From: Longimicrobiales bacterium
Lineage (GTDB): Bacteria > Gemmatimonadota > Gemmatimonadetes > Longimicrobiales > Gaopeijiaceae
Reading direction: 5' to 3'
Assembly: GCA_041690395.1 (NCBI GenBank)
Contig: JAWLHJ010000007.1
Coordinates: 128,001 to 192,000 of the forward strand
DNA length: 64,000 nucleotides
Part shown: piece by piece, positions 46,482 through 55,517 of the stretch
Layout: the number at the start of each line of letters is the position of its first letter
How positions within the stretch are numbered: position 1 is the first letter of the stretch
Position numbers and translations under genes: made by a program
Notes under the pieces: model-generated
What the model saw: only the letters and a program-made list of their open reading frames with translations
Database searches by the model: none
Told to the model about the DNA's origin: nothing

Positions 46482-48167
46482 ATGATCCGGGTCCACCGCA
46501 CCGACATCCGCCGCGTGAGCGCCTTGCTCGCCATGACGCTCCTCACGCTCGCTGTCGTCGCATGCGGGCCCGCGGAATCACCCGCGGAGCCGTTCGATCC
46601 GGTCGAGGCCACGATCCCCGAGATGCAGCGGGCCATGGAGGAGGGCAGGGTGACGTCGCGCCAGATCGTCGAGGCGCACCTCGTCCGGCTCGCGCTCTAC
46701 GAGGAGCGCGTGAACGCCACGATTTCCGTGAACGAGCACGCGCTGGCCGAGGCCGACCGCCTCGACCAGGAGCGTGCGGAAGGGCGGGTGCGCGGTCCGC
46801 TGCACGGCATCCCCATCGCGCTGAAGGACATCATCCACACGACCGACATTCCGACGACCGGGGGCACGCTGGCCTTCGAGGGCTACTATCCCCCGTACGA
46901 CGCCACCGTGACCGAGAACCTGCGCGAGGCCGGGGCGGTCATCATCGCGAAGACGGTCCTGACCGAGCTGGCCAACTTCATGGCCAACGGGATGCCCGGG
47001 AACTACAGCGCGCTCGGCGGCTACGGCCTGAACCCCTACGACCCGCGGCGCGACCCGCGTGACGGGCGCAACGACGGGCGGCCGGTGATGAACACGGGCG
47101 GCTCTAGCTCCGGCAACGGGACGGCGATGAGCTTCTGGGCGGCCAACGTCGGCACGGAGACCTCCGGCTCCATCCTGTCACCGTCGAACGCCAACATGCT
47201 CGCTGCCGTGAAGCCGACCGTCGGCCGCATCAGCCGGTGGGGCATCATCCCCATCACCGGCGACCAGGACACGGCCGGGCCCATGGCGCGTACCGTCACC
47301 GACGCGGCGATCCTCCTCGGCGCCCTCGAGAGCGCCCAGCCCGACCCCAACGACCCGGCCACCACGGTCTGCACGCCCCCCGAAGGCGGCGACTACCGTC
47401 CGTTCCTGAACGCGGACGGGCTTCAGGGCGCCCGTATCGGGATCCCCAGGGCCATGTACTACGACTCGGTGCAGATCCCCGGGTCCGGTGACTACCGTGG
47501 CGGACTGTCCGCGGAGGAACGGGCCCTGATGGACGAAGCGATCGACGTGCTCCGGGCGCAGGGCGCCACGATCGTCGACCCTGCGGACATCCCGAGCGTG
47601 CTGGACCCCGACCCCGCCGCCAACCTCATGACCGCCGGCTCGAGCAGCGTGCTCTGGTACGGCATGAAGCGCGACTTCAACACCTGGTTGAGCACCCTCG
47701 ACGAGGACGCCCCGGTGCGGACGCTGACCGAGCTCCGGGAGTGGAACCTGGAGCATCGTGACGCCGGCTCCATGAAGTACGAGCAGGCGAACCTCGACCG
47801 ATCCGACGCGCTCGACCTCGAGGTGGCGCGCGCGGAGTACGAGGCGGACCGGGCGCGGGACCTGCTCCTGAACGGGGAGCGCGGGATCGACGCGGCGCTC
47901 GAGGAGCATCAGCTCGACGCGCTGCTCTTCCCGGGGTCGAGCGGTGCGGGCATCGCGGCGCGCCCGGGCTATCCGACGGTGATCGTGCCGTTCGGGTTCG
48001 TGCCGAACGACGGCGGCCCGGACTTCCCGGAGGGCTTCGAGCCCCAGCCGCGTCCGATGGGCGTGAGCTTCACCGCGAGCGCGTGCAGCGAGCCCCGGCT
48101 CCTCGAGCTGGGCTACGCGTTCGAGCAGGCCACGCGGCGGCGGGTGCCGCCTCCGGGGATGCCCTGA
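46482..48167 (+). CDS. Amidase-signature family lipoprotein
   Basis: GPLHGIPIALKD, TGGSSSG and GTETSGSI; lipobox VVAC. Confidence 0.92.
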   Translation: MIRVHRTDIRRVSALLAMTLLTLAVVACGPAESPAEPFDPVEATIPEMQRAMEEGRVTSRQIVEAHLVRLALYEERVNATISVNEHALAEADRLDQERAEGRVRGPLHGIPIALKDIIHTTDIPTTGGTLAFEGYYPPYDATVTENLREAGAVIIAKTVLTELANFMANGMPGNYSALGGYGLNPYDPRRDPRDGRNDGRPVMNTGGSSSGNGTAMSFWAANVGTETSGSILSPSNANMLAAVKPTVGRISRWGIIPITGDQDTAGPMARTVTDAAILLGALESAQPDPNDPATTVCTPPEGGDYRPFLNADGLQGARIGIPRAMYYDSVQIPGSGDYRGGLSAEERALMDEAIDVLRAQGATIVDPADIPSVLDPDPAANLMTAGSSSVLWYGMKRDFNTWLSTLDEDAPVRTLTELREWNLEHRDAGSMKYEQANLDRSDALDLEVARAEYEADRARDLLLNGERGIDAALEEHQLDALLFPGSSGAGIAARPGYPTVIVPFGFVPNDGGPDFPEGFEPQPRPMGVSFTASACSEPRLLELGYAFEQATRRRVPPPGMP

Positions 48168-48221
48168 GCGCACGGACCGTCCGTCAGGCCGGGCCCGTCT
48201 CCATGGCGGGCTCGGCCGCGG

Positions 48222-49679
48222 TCAGTGGTACGACCGCCTCGCCTTCCAGGTGTCGCGGTGGAAGAGGACCAACACCGTGAAGATCTCGAGCCGGCCCACC
48301 AGCATGAGGAACGACAACACCGCGAGCTGGGGTGAGGACATCCATCCGTAGTTGTCCGTCGCCCCGACATCGCCGAAGCCGGGGCCGACGTTCCCGACCG
48401 TCGCGATGCTGGCGGAGATGGCCGTCAGCGGATCGGCGCCCATCAGGCCCATGACCACCGCGCCGACGAGACAGAGGAGCAGGTAGAGGACCACGAAGCC
48501 GATGATGTGCGCGAGCACGTCCTCCTTCACGGGCTTCGACCCGATGCGGGTGAGGAGGATGGCCCGGGGATGCAGGTTCTTCCTGATCTCGTTCAGCGTC
48601 TGCTTCAAGAGGAGGAGCACGCGCACCGCCTTGATGCCGCCTCCTGTCGAGCCGGCCATCCCCCCGACGAAGAAGAGCGCGAAGAGCGTCATCTGCGCGC
48701 CCGGCACCCAGAGCTCGTAGTCGGCGCTCACGAACCCGGTCGTGGTGATGATCGCGGCGGCCTGGAACAGCCCGTCCCTGAGCGCGGGCTCGAGCGAGGC
48801 GTTCGTGCCGGACGCGAGGTTCATGGTGGCGATCAGGGCGGCCGCGCCCACGAACACGAGCGTGAAGAACCGCCACTCCTGGTCCCGCCAGTAGAGCGGT
48901 CTCCCGGACGCGGCCCGGAAGTGGAGCGCGAAGTTCACGCCGGCCAGGTACATGAACAGGATCGTCACCCAGTGGATGAACGGCGACTGGAACGCCGCCA
49001 TCGACGCGTTCTTCGTACTGAAGCCGCCGGTGGCGAGGGTCGAGAAGCTGTGGTTCACCGCGTCGAACAGGCTCATGCCGCCCGCCACGTAGAGTAGCGA
49101 CTGGATCACCGTGAGCCCCACGTAGACGAGCCAGAGGAGCTTCGCCGTCTGCGTGATCCTGGGGCGCAGGCGCTCGGGCGTCGGGCCGGGCACCTCGGCC
49201 TGAAAGAGCTGCATGCCGCCGACGCCGAGGTAGGGGAGCACCGCGATGACGAGCACGATGATGCCCATGCCGCCGAGCCAGTGCGTCAGCGACCGCCAGA
49301 ACAGGACGCCGTTGGAGAGCGCCTCGATGTCGGTGAAGATGGTCGCGCCCGTGGTCGTGAACCCGGACATCGACTCGAAGACCGCGCCCACCGGCGACGT
49401 GATGGAGCCGGTCAGGAGGTAGGGCAGGGCGCCGAAGACGGCGGTGGCGGTCCAGGCCAGCGTCACGATGGCGAACCCTTCGCGCGTCGTCACGTCGCCC
49501 TGGAAGGTCGTGGCGCGATAGACCGTTCCACCGACCAGGAACGTGACCAGCGCGGCGATGAGGATCTCCGCGCCGGCCGACTCCCCGTACCCCAGCGACA
49601 CCAGCCCCGCCGTGGCCATGAAGAGCGCGACGAAGACCTGGAGCAGGCCCACGACGTTGGCGACCTTGCGGAGTGACAT
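48222..49679 (-). CDS. trkH: Trk potassium uptake membrane protein
   Basis: FESMSGFTTTGA, WLGGMGI, AGSTGGGIK, GNVGPG and GRLE. Confidence 0.95.
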   Translation of the reverse strand: MSLRKVANVVGLLQVFVALFMATAGLVSLGYGESAGAEILIAALVTFLVGGTVYRATTFQGDVTTREGFAIVTLAWTATAVFGALPYLLTGSITSPVGAVFESMSGFTTTGATIFTDIEALSNGVLFWRSLTHWLGGMGIIVLVIAVLPYLGVGGMQLFQAEVPGPTPERLRPRITQTAKLLWLVYVGLTVIQSLLYVAGGMSLFDAVNHSFSTLATGGFSTKNASMAAFQSPFIHWVTILFMYLAGVNFALHFRAASGRPLYWRDQEWRFFTLVFVGAAALIATMNLASGTNASLEPALRDGLFQAAAIITTTGFVSADYELWVPGAQMTLFALFFVGGMAGSTGGGIKAVRVLLLLKQTLNEIRKNLHPRAILLTRIGSKPVKEDVLAHIIGFVVLYLLLCLVGAVVMGLMGADPLTAISASIATVGNVGPGFGDVGATDNYGWMSSPQLAVLSFLMLVGRLEIFTVLVLFHRDTWKARRSYH

Positions 49680-51022
49680 CAGGCGAAGAGGGCTTCCACG
49701 TCGTCGATCGCCTCGGGCAGCGCGAAGACGATCACGTCGTCGCCGGGGAGGATCCGGTCCTCGCCGCGCGGGATGATGATCTCCCCCTCCCGGAGGATCG
49801 CGCCCACGATGCCCGCCTCCGGAAAGCCGACGTCCTTCAGCGCCTTGCCCGCGATGGGCGCGTCGGCCTCCACCTGGAACTCGATCGCCTCCGCGTCGAT
49901 CCCGGCGAGGCTGGCGACCGTGATCACGCGTCCGCGCCGCACGTACCTGAGAATCGCGTTGACGGTGGACACGCGGGGCGACACGCTGGCGTCGATGCCG
50001 ACACGCGGCACCAGCGGCAGGTACTCGAACTTGTCGATGAGGCTGACCACCTTCCGCGCGCCGATGGACTTGGCCAGCAGGCTCGACAGCAGGTTGGTCT
50101 CGTCGTTCCCGGTCGCGGCGACGAAGCCGTCGATCCCGGCCACGCCCTCCATCTCGAGGAGCTCCAGGTCGGTGGCGTCCGCGTGGAGGACGAGCGCACG
50201 CGGAAGATCCTCGGCCATCTCCAGACACCGGCGACGGTCACGGTCCAGGATCGTGCAGTCGATCCCGTGCTGCTCCAGCACCTTGGCCAGGTAGACGCCT
50301 TCCGTGCTGCCCCCTGCGATCATGACGCGCTTGAGCGCGAACCGCGGATGACCGGCGAGCGGCGGGATCTGAGCCACCTCGTCCGTCGGCGCGATCATAT
50401 AGACCTGGTCGCCGACCTCGATGGTCGAGTCCGGGCCCGGCACCTCCGTGACGCCGTCACGCACGATGGCTGCCGTCACGAAGTGGTTCCCCTCCAGCTC
50501 GCGGCCGAGCTGCAGCAGCGTCTTGCCGGCCACCGGCGCGCCCTTCAGGACCTTGAGGCCGATGAGCTGGAGCCGCCCTTCGGCGAAGTGTGCCACGTCG
50601 GTCGCGGCCGCGCTCTGCAGCAGCTGGTAGGTCTCCCACGCGCACTCGCGCTCGGGGTTCACCATGAGGTCGATCCCCATCTGCTCCCGCGACAGCACGG
50701 ACGACCGGTCGTAGTACTCCGGGTTGGAGATCCGCGCGACGGTGTAGTCCACGCCGAGCTTCTTGGCCGTGAGACAGGCGATCAGGTTCACCTCGTCCCG
50801 GCTCGTCACGGCCATGATCACGCGCGCGTTCTTGACCCCGGCCTCATCGAGCACGGACATCGAGGCGCCGTTGCCGACGATGGTCAGGATGTCCAGCTGC
50901 TTCTGGGCGAAGTCGGCGCGGTCCGGATCGGCCTCGATCAGGACCACGTCCTGCTTCTCTTCGGAGAGACGCTGCGCGAGATGGAAGCCCACCTCGCCCG
51001 CGCCGACGATGAGCACTCTCAC
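49679..51022 (-). CDS. trkA: Trk potassium uptake NAD-binding subunit
   Basis: GAGEVG and second IAGG Rossmann motifs with duplicated RCK domains; stop overlaps the trkH start. Confidence 0.95.
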   Translation of the reverse strand: MRVLIVGAGEVGFHLAQRLSEEKQDVVLIEADPDRADFAQKQLDILTIVGNGASMSVLDEAGVKNARVIMAVTSRDEVNLIACLTAKKLGVDYTVARISNPEYYDRSSVLSREQMGIDLMVNPERECAWETYQLLQSAAATDVAHFAEGRLQLIGLKVLKGAPVAGKTLLQLGRELEGNHFVTAAIVRDGVTEVPGPDSTIEVGDQVYMIAPTDEVAQIPPLAGHPRFALKRVMIAGGSTEGVYLAKVLEQHGIDCTILDRDRRRCLEMAEDLPRALVLHADATDLELLEMEGVAGIDGFVAATGNDETNLLSSLLAKSIGARKVVSLIDKFEYLPLVPRVGIDASVSPRVSTVNAILRYVRRGRVITVASLAGIDAEAIEFQVEADAPIAGKALKDVGFPEAGIVGAILREGEIIIPRGEDRILPGDDVIVFALPEAIDDVEALFA

Positions 51023-51169
51023 GACCGAGAGTCTCCCTCTGAGCGGGAAAGACGCCGCCCCGGAGGGCCGGCGGAATGCGACAAAGGTAGTCGGGGCGCG
51101 GTGGATATCCAGGGATTCACCGTCCGGCCCGTGGTGCGCGGCGTCGCGATGCGTATCTTTACGCCGTTC

Positions 51170-51243
51170 GGGCCCGTAGCTCAGTTGGTTAGAGCAGCCG
51201 ACTCATAATCGGTAGGTCGCAGGTTCAAGTCCTGCCGGGCCCA
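51170..51243 (+). tRNA. tRNA with CAT anticodon, most likely tRNA-Ile2 (lysidine type); CCA not encoded
   Basis: Acceptor stem GGGCCCG/CGGGCCC, D-arm GCTCAGTTGGTTAGAGC, anticodon arm GCCGA-CTCATAA-TCGGT and T-loop GGTTCAAGTCC. Resembles Ile2; it lacks the initiator C1:A72 mismatch and the three G-C anticodon-stem pairs. Confidence 0.92.
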
Positions 51244-51316
51244 CTTCGTGGCGGGTGTGGCATCACGGTGTGGTACAGCGGGCTGCGGAGCGGGGCGTGG
51301 CCGAGCGGTCTTCGGC

Positions 51317-51655
51317 CTACGCCCCCTCCACTCCCAGACGGTCCGCCAGGCCGTCCCGCATACGCCGCAGCGCCTCCTCCGTCGCACGGAGCATCTCGAG
51401 CCCCTCGGGTGTGACCCGCACGTAGCGCCGGGGTCGGCCCCCTCGGGGTGAGGGCGCGTCCTCCACCCGCACCAATCCCTTCTCGTCCATGCGCCGGACC
51501 GTCGCGTAGATCGCCCCGAGCGAGGCGACGCGTCCCCCTCGCTCACGCAAGGAGCGCCGGATCTCGGCGCCGTAGGCTCCGGGCTCCAGTCGGAGGATCG
51601 CCAGGAGGAGCATGTGCTCGAACTCGCCCAGCCGGGCGCCCTTTCCGCCGCCCAT
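51317..51655 (-). CDS. PadR-family transcriptional regulator
   Basis: LGEFEHMLLLAIL...AYG...GAIYATVRRMDEKGLV...GGRPRRYVRVTPEG. Confidence 0.92.
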   Translation of the reverse strand: MGGGKGARLGEFEHMLLLAILRLEPGAYGAEIRRSLRERGGRVASLGAIYATVRRMDEKGLVRVEDAPSPRGGRPRRYVRVTPEGLEMLRATEEALRRMRDGLADRLGVEGA

Positions 51656-51656
51656 C

Positions 51657-54233
51657 CTACTCGCCCCTCAGGACGGTGAGGGGGTCGAGGCGTGCGGCCC
51701 TGATGGCCGGGAGGAGGGAGGCCGCCAGAACCACCAGAAGCATGAGGGCTCCGGCCGCCAGGTATGTGGTGGGGGCCCTGAAGGGCGCTCCGAAGGAGAA
51801 GATCACGGTCGCCGGTGCCAGAAGAAGGCCGAGGGCCAGACCAGCCGCGATCCACGGGACGACACTCCGTGCAGCCTCGGCCAGGACCTCGCCGAGAATC
51901 CGATCGCGGCGGGCGCCGAGGGCCATGCGGATGCCCACGGCGGGAAGGCGCGTGCGGACGCGGAAGGAGAGGATGCCGAAGAGGCCGATGCTGGCGACGA
52001 CGACTCCGGCCAGGCCCCCCGCGGCACCGAAAGCCCCCATCGTGCGGGGCATCCGGATGAGCCATGCGACGAGCCCCTCCATCGTCTCGACCCGGTCGGG
52101 GGCCAAGTCGGAGTCCACCCGCCGCAACGCCTCCCGGAGCCCGGGAACGAGCGTGCCGGGGTCGCCGTCGGTTCGCGCGCTCATGAAGATGCTGCCTGGC
52201 ACGACCTGGGTCAGGGGAAGAATGATCCGGCCCCCCGGGTTGGTCTCGCCCTCCGGATGCCAGTCCTCCACCACGCCGACCACCCGGACCCATTCCCCTT
52301 GTTCGTGGACCGCATCGAGACGGAGGTGCTGGCCGAGCGGGTCGGTACCCTCCCACCAACGAGACGCGAAGCTCCGGGTGACGAGTGCCACCGGGTCGGA
52401 GTCGGTAGCGTCGTGCTCCTCGATCCCGCGGCCTGCGAGGAGCGCGATGCCCCATGTCTCCAGCATTGCGGGGTCTGCCGCCAGCCACCACGCCCTGGGC
52501 GCGCGGGCCTCCCCGTCCAGGGGGCGGCCCGCGAGCTCCAGAGAGGAGATGCTTCCACCGAAGCCGGGGACCCCGGCGCTGAGTGACGCGCTGCGCGCGC
52601 CCGGGATGGCAGCCACTTCCTCCCGGAGCGACGCCAGCAGGAGCCGGTTGGCGACCGAGTCGGCCGGGTCGAGGGTCAGGGACGCCACCGCGATGCGCTC
52701 GACGGGGAGCACCCCGAGGAGATCGTCGGCCCGGGCGAAGCCGTTCATGAGGATGAGGGCCACGACGAGGCCCGCAGTAGAGAGGGTGACCTGGAGGCCG
52801 ACGAACCATCCTCCGGTGCGCCGCCGTCCCGCCGATCCGCTCCGTCTGCTGCCACCCACCAGCACCTCCCGCAGGTCGGTCTGGATGGCCCGGATCGCGG
52901 GGACGGTTCCGGCCACGAGGGTGCACGCCACGACGACGATGGCCGTCCCCACGATCACCGCGGGTCGAAGCTCCATCCGCATCCAGTAGTAGCCCCAATG
53001 AGGGGCAAGCGTAGACTGCGACCAGGCGAGGACCAGGCTCCCGCCGAGCAGCCCGATTACGCCGCCGAACCCTGCGACGAGCGCCGACTCGAGGAAGAGC
53101 TGGAGGACGACCTGGAAGCGAGAGGCGCCCAACGCGGAGTGGACGGCCAGCGTGCGCACACGCTCTGCTGCGCGGATCAGGAGAAGGGTGGAGGCGTTGG
53201 CCGTGCAGATGACGAGAAGGAGACCGACGAGGACGCCTAGGGCCGCGAACGCGACGGTCTCGCCCCCTTCTCCTCGCTCGTCGACGTAGTCCAGGACCCG
53301 GACACGCTGCGGGGCAGGGGCTCCCGCCCCGACCAGCTCCGGCCCCAGCGCGCCAGCCAGGGCCTGCGCGGCCGCGTCGTGGCCCACGCCGGGTCGGAGT
53401 CGGGCCACGACCTGATCGGCCGATGCGATCTCGTCCTCGGGAAGGACCGTCCAGAGGTTCTGGGCCTCCGGGAAGCCGAAGCTCGCCGGCATCAGCCCAA
53501 CGACCGTCACCAGGCGGCCGTCGATGCGGAGGGTCGCACCGAGCGGGTCGGCGCCGTCGGGCGCCAGCTCACGCCAGAGGTCCTCCCGGACGAGGGCGGC
53601 GTCCCGATCTCCGCGCTCGGCGTCCGGGAGGCGACCGGACACCGGCGGGACCCGGAGGAGGTCGAGGGCGCCCGGCGTCACAGCGGCCGCATAGGCTCTC
53701 CGGGCGCTCAGACCCTCGCGCACGACGGTGACGGACGCCGACCGGGTGGCGCCGATCCCCAGGATGGGCCCCGCGGCCGAGCGCCAACGCTCGAGCAGCT
53801 CCGCGCCGACCGGCACGGCCTCGGCTCGAGCATCGAGGACCCGGATCTGGACGATGTCTTCGCCGTCGGGGACGGGCAGGGGCCGGAAGCTTCCCAGGAA
53901 CGTCCCGAGGAGGGCCACGGTCGCCGTGAGCCCGACGCCGAGGGTCGGTGCGGCCGTGGCCGCCGTTCCCGGGGTCCTCGCGAGCCCTCGCGCTGCCATC
54001 CGGAGGGCGTGGAACGGGCGGAGGCGGCCGGGGCTCAGGCGCCCCCGGAGACCCCAGGCGCAGACCAGAACGAGTTGGGTCCAGAACCGCAGCCGACCGC
54101 CCCCCTGGCCCCGGCGCTCTTCCCGGAGGTCCGACATCGCCACCTCCGCGTCCCGCGGCGCACAAAGCCGCAGAAACCACCCGGCGATGCGCTCCTCCCG
54201 CGACCTCCCGACCGCGCTCGTCCCACCCTCCAT
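51657..54233 (-). CDS. Duplicated MacB/FtsX (ADOP-type) ABC permease
   Basis: Two MacB-PCD/FtsX halves; LGASRFQVVLQLFLES, GIRMALGA and AARLDPLTVLRGE. Start set at ATG 54233. Confidence 0.88.
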   Translation of the reverse strand: MEGGTSAVGRSREERIAGWFLRLCAPRDAEVAMSDLREERRGQGGGRLRFWTQLVLVCAWGLRGRLSPGRLRPFHALRMAARGLARTPGTAATAAPTLGVGLTATVALLGTFLGSFRPLPVPDGEDIVQIRVLDARAEAVPVGAELLERWRSAAGPILGIGATRSASVTVVREGLSARRAYAAAVTPGALDLLRVPPVSGRLPDAERGDRDAALVREDLWRELAPDGADPLGATLRIDGRLVTVVGLMPASFGFPEAQNLWTVLPEDEIASADQVVARLRPGVGHDAAAQALAGALGPELVGAGAPAPQRVRVLDYVDERGEGGETVAFAALGVLVGLLLVICTANASTLLLIRAAERVRTLAVHSALGASRFQVVLQLFLESALVAGFGGVIGLLGGSLVLAWSQSTLAPHWGYYWMRMELRPAVIVGTAIVVVACTLVAGTVPAIRAIQTDLREVLVGGSRRSGSAGRRRTGGWFVGLQVTLSTAGLVVALILMNGFARADDLLGVLPVERIAVASLTLDPADSVANRLLLASLREEVAAIPGARSASLSAGVPGFGGSISSLELAGRPLDGEARAPRAWWLAADPAMLETWGIALLAGRGIEEHDATDSDPVALVTRSFASRWWEGTDPLGQHLRLDAVHEQGEWVRVVGVVEDWHPEGETNPGGRIILPLTQVVPGSIFMSARTDGDPGTLVPGLREALRRVDSDLAPDRVETMEGLVAWLIRMPRTMGAFGAAGGLAGVVVASIGLFGILSFRVRTRLPAVGIRMALGARRDRILGEVLAEAARSVVPWIAAGLALGLLLAPATVIFSFGAPFRAPTTYLAAGALMLLVVLAASLLPAIRAARLDPLTVLRGE

Positions 54234-54257
54234 GCGGCAACCCTCCCCGACGGTATT

Positions 54258-54282
54258 TACGTACAATGTACGATAGTGTACG
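54258..54282. promoter_or_regulatory. GTAC repeat/palindrome cluster, probable operator-promoter
   Basis: TACGTACAATGTACGATAGTGTACG contains the palindrome GTACA-A-TGTAC and TGTACG twice, 10 bp apart. Confidence 0.5.
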
Positions 54283-54352
54283 GTTGCCCGATCGGCGAGG
54301 TTTCGATCGGGTCGTAGCCGGTCGAGTAGCGGGGGCCCTACCAGGAGCACGC

Positions 54353-55408
54353 ATGTCCATCCTCGAACACATTCCCGAGCACATCGACGGTCCGGCCGCC
54401 TGGACGGGCCGTGACATGCAGGCGCGCACCGACGCGTGGCTCGTCGAGCTCTCGGACGCCGACGTGGCGGACCTCGAGCGGGCCGCCGGGCATTACCTGT
54501 CCCTCGGGCGGGACGTCGGGGAGATCACGGCCGAGGCGTTCCCCCTGGAGCACTTCGGCGCCCACCTCGAGTCCCTGAAGCACAAGCTCCTGCACGGGAT
54601 CGGCTTCGAGCTCCTGCGCGGCCTGCCGCTGGACCGCTACGACCAGCGGACCGTCGCCACCATCTTCTGCGGCATCGGTGCCCACCTCGGCTCCGCCCGC
54701 TCGCAGAACGCCCAGGGCCACATCCTGGGGCATGTGCGGGACACCGGAGCGCGCTCCACCGACCCGAACACCCGGATCTACCAGACCGCCGAGCGTCAGA
54801 GCTTCCACACGGACAGCGCCGACGTGGTCGGGCTCCTGTGCCTACGCGAGGCGAGGGAAGGGGGCGACTCGCTCCTGGTGAGCGCCGTGTCCATCTACAA
54901 CCGGATCCGGCGCGAGCGTCCGGATCTCCTCGAGCGCCTCTTCGACCCGGTCGCCACCGATCGCAGGGGAGAGGTGCCGCCGGGGGCGAAGCCGTACATG
55001 GAGATCCCCGTCCTCAACTGGTATGCGGGGAAGCTGACGGTCTTCTACCAGCGGCAGTACATGGAGAGCGCCCAGCGCTTCGACGGTGCCATGCGCCTCA
55101 CGCCGGACCACGTCGCGGCGCTCGACCTGTTCGACGCGCTGGCCGACGATCCGGAGATGCACGTCCGGATGCGCCTCCGCCCCGGCGACATGCAGTTCGT
55201 GTACAACCATTCCCAGCTCCACGACCGGACGGCCTTCGTCGACTGGCCGGAGCAGGAGCGCAGGCGACACCTGCTCAGGCTGTGGCTGTCCGTGGAAGGG
55301 GACCGCGAGTTGCCGCCGTGCTTCGAGGAGCGCTATGGCTCCATCGAGATCGGCAATCGCGGGGGCATCGTCACCGAGCACACGGTGCTGAGCGCGCCCA
55401 TCGACTGA
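54353..55408 (+). CDS. TauD/TfdA-family Fe(II)/2-oxoglutarate dioxygenase
   Basis: FHTDSAD (HxD), HDRT and RHLLRLWL; AGGAG RBS. Confidence 0.9.
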   Translation: MSILEHIPEHIDGPAAWTGRDMQARTDAWLVELSDADVADLERAAGHYLSLGRDVGEITAEAFPLEHFGAHLESLKHKLLHGIGFELLRGLPLDRYDQRTVATIFCGIGAHLGSARSQNAQGHILGHVRDTGARSTDPNTRIYQTAERQSFHTDSADVVGLLCLREAREGGDSLLVSAVSIYNRIRRERPDLLERLFDPVATDRRGEVPPGAKPYMEIPVLNWYAGKLTVFYQRQYMESAQRFDGAMRLTPDHVAALDLFDALADDPEMHVRMRLRPGDMQFVYNHSQLHDRTAFVDWPEQERRRHLLRLWLSVEGDRELPPCFEERYGSIEIGNRGGIVTEHTVLSAPID

Positions 55409-55517
55409 GCCCTGCTGGCACCCCCTGTTTGCGACGCGTATACTGACGATTGAGCCGGTCGAGTGTTGAGCTCGGGATGGCCTTCCAAGGGTTTGTCGGG
55501 GACACCGGAGGCGGGAA

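Noticed and set aside
48222..50228. 668-aa ORF suggesting an extended TrkH
   Set aside because: The extension is an alternative frame of trkA; TrkH begins at 49679.
51170..51243. Initiator tRNA-fMet
   Set aside because: Position 1:72 is paired and the anticodon stem lacks three consecutive G-C pairs. Elongator Met cannot be fully excluded.
55416..55432. Sigma54 promoter TGGCAC...TTGC upstream of the DUF1592 gene
   Set aside because: The GG and GC dinucleotides are 14 bp apart rather than the required 12.
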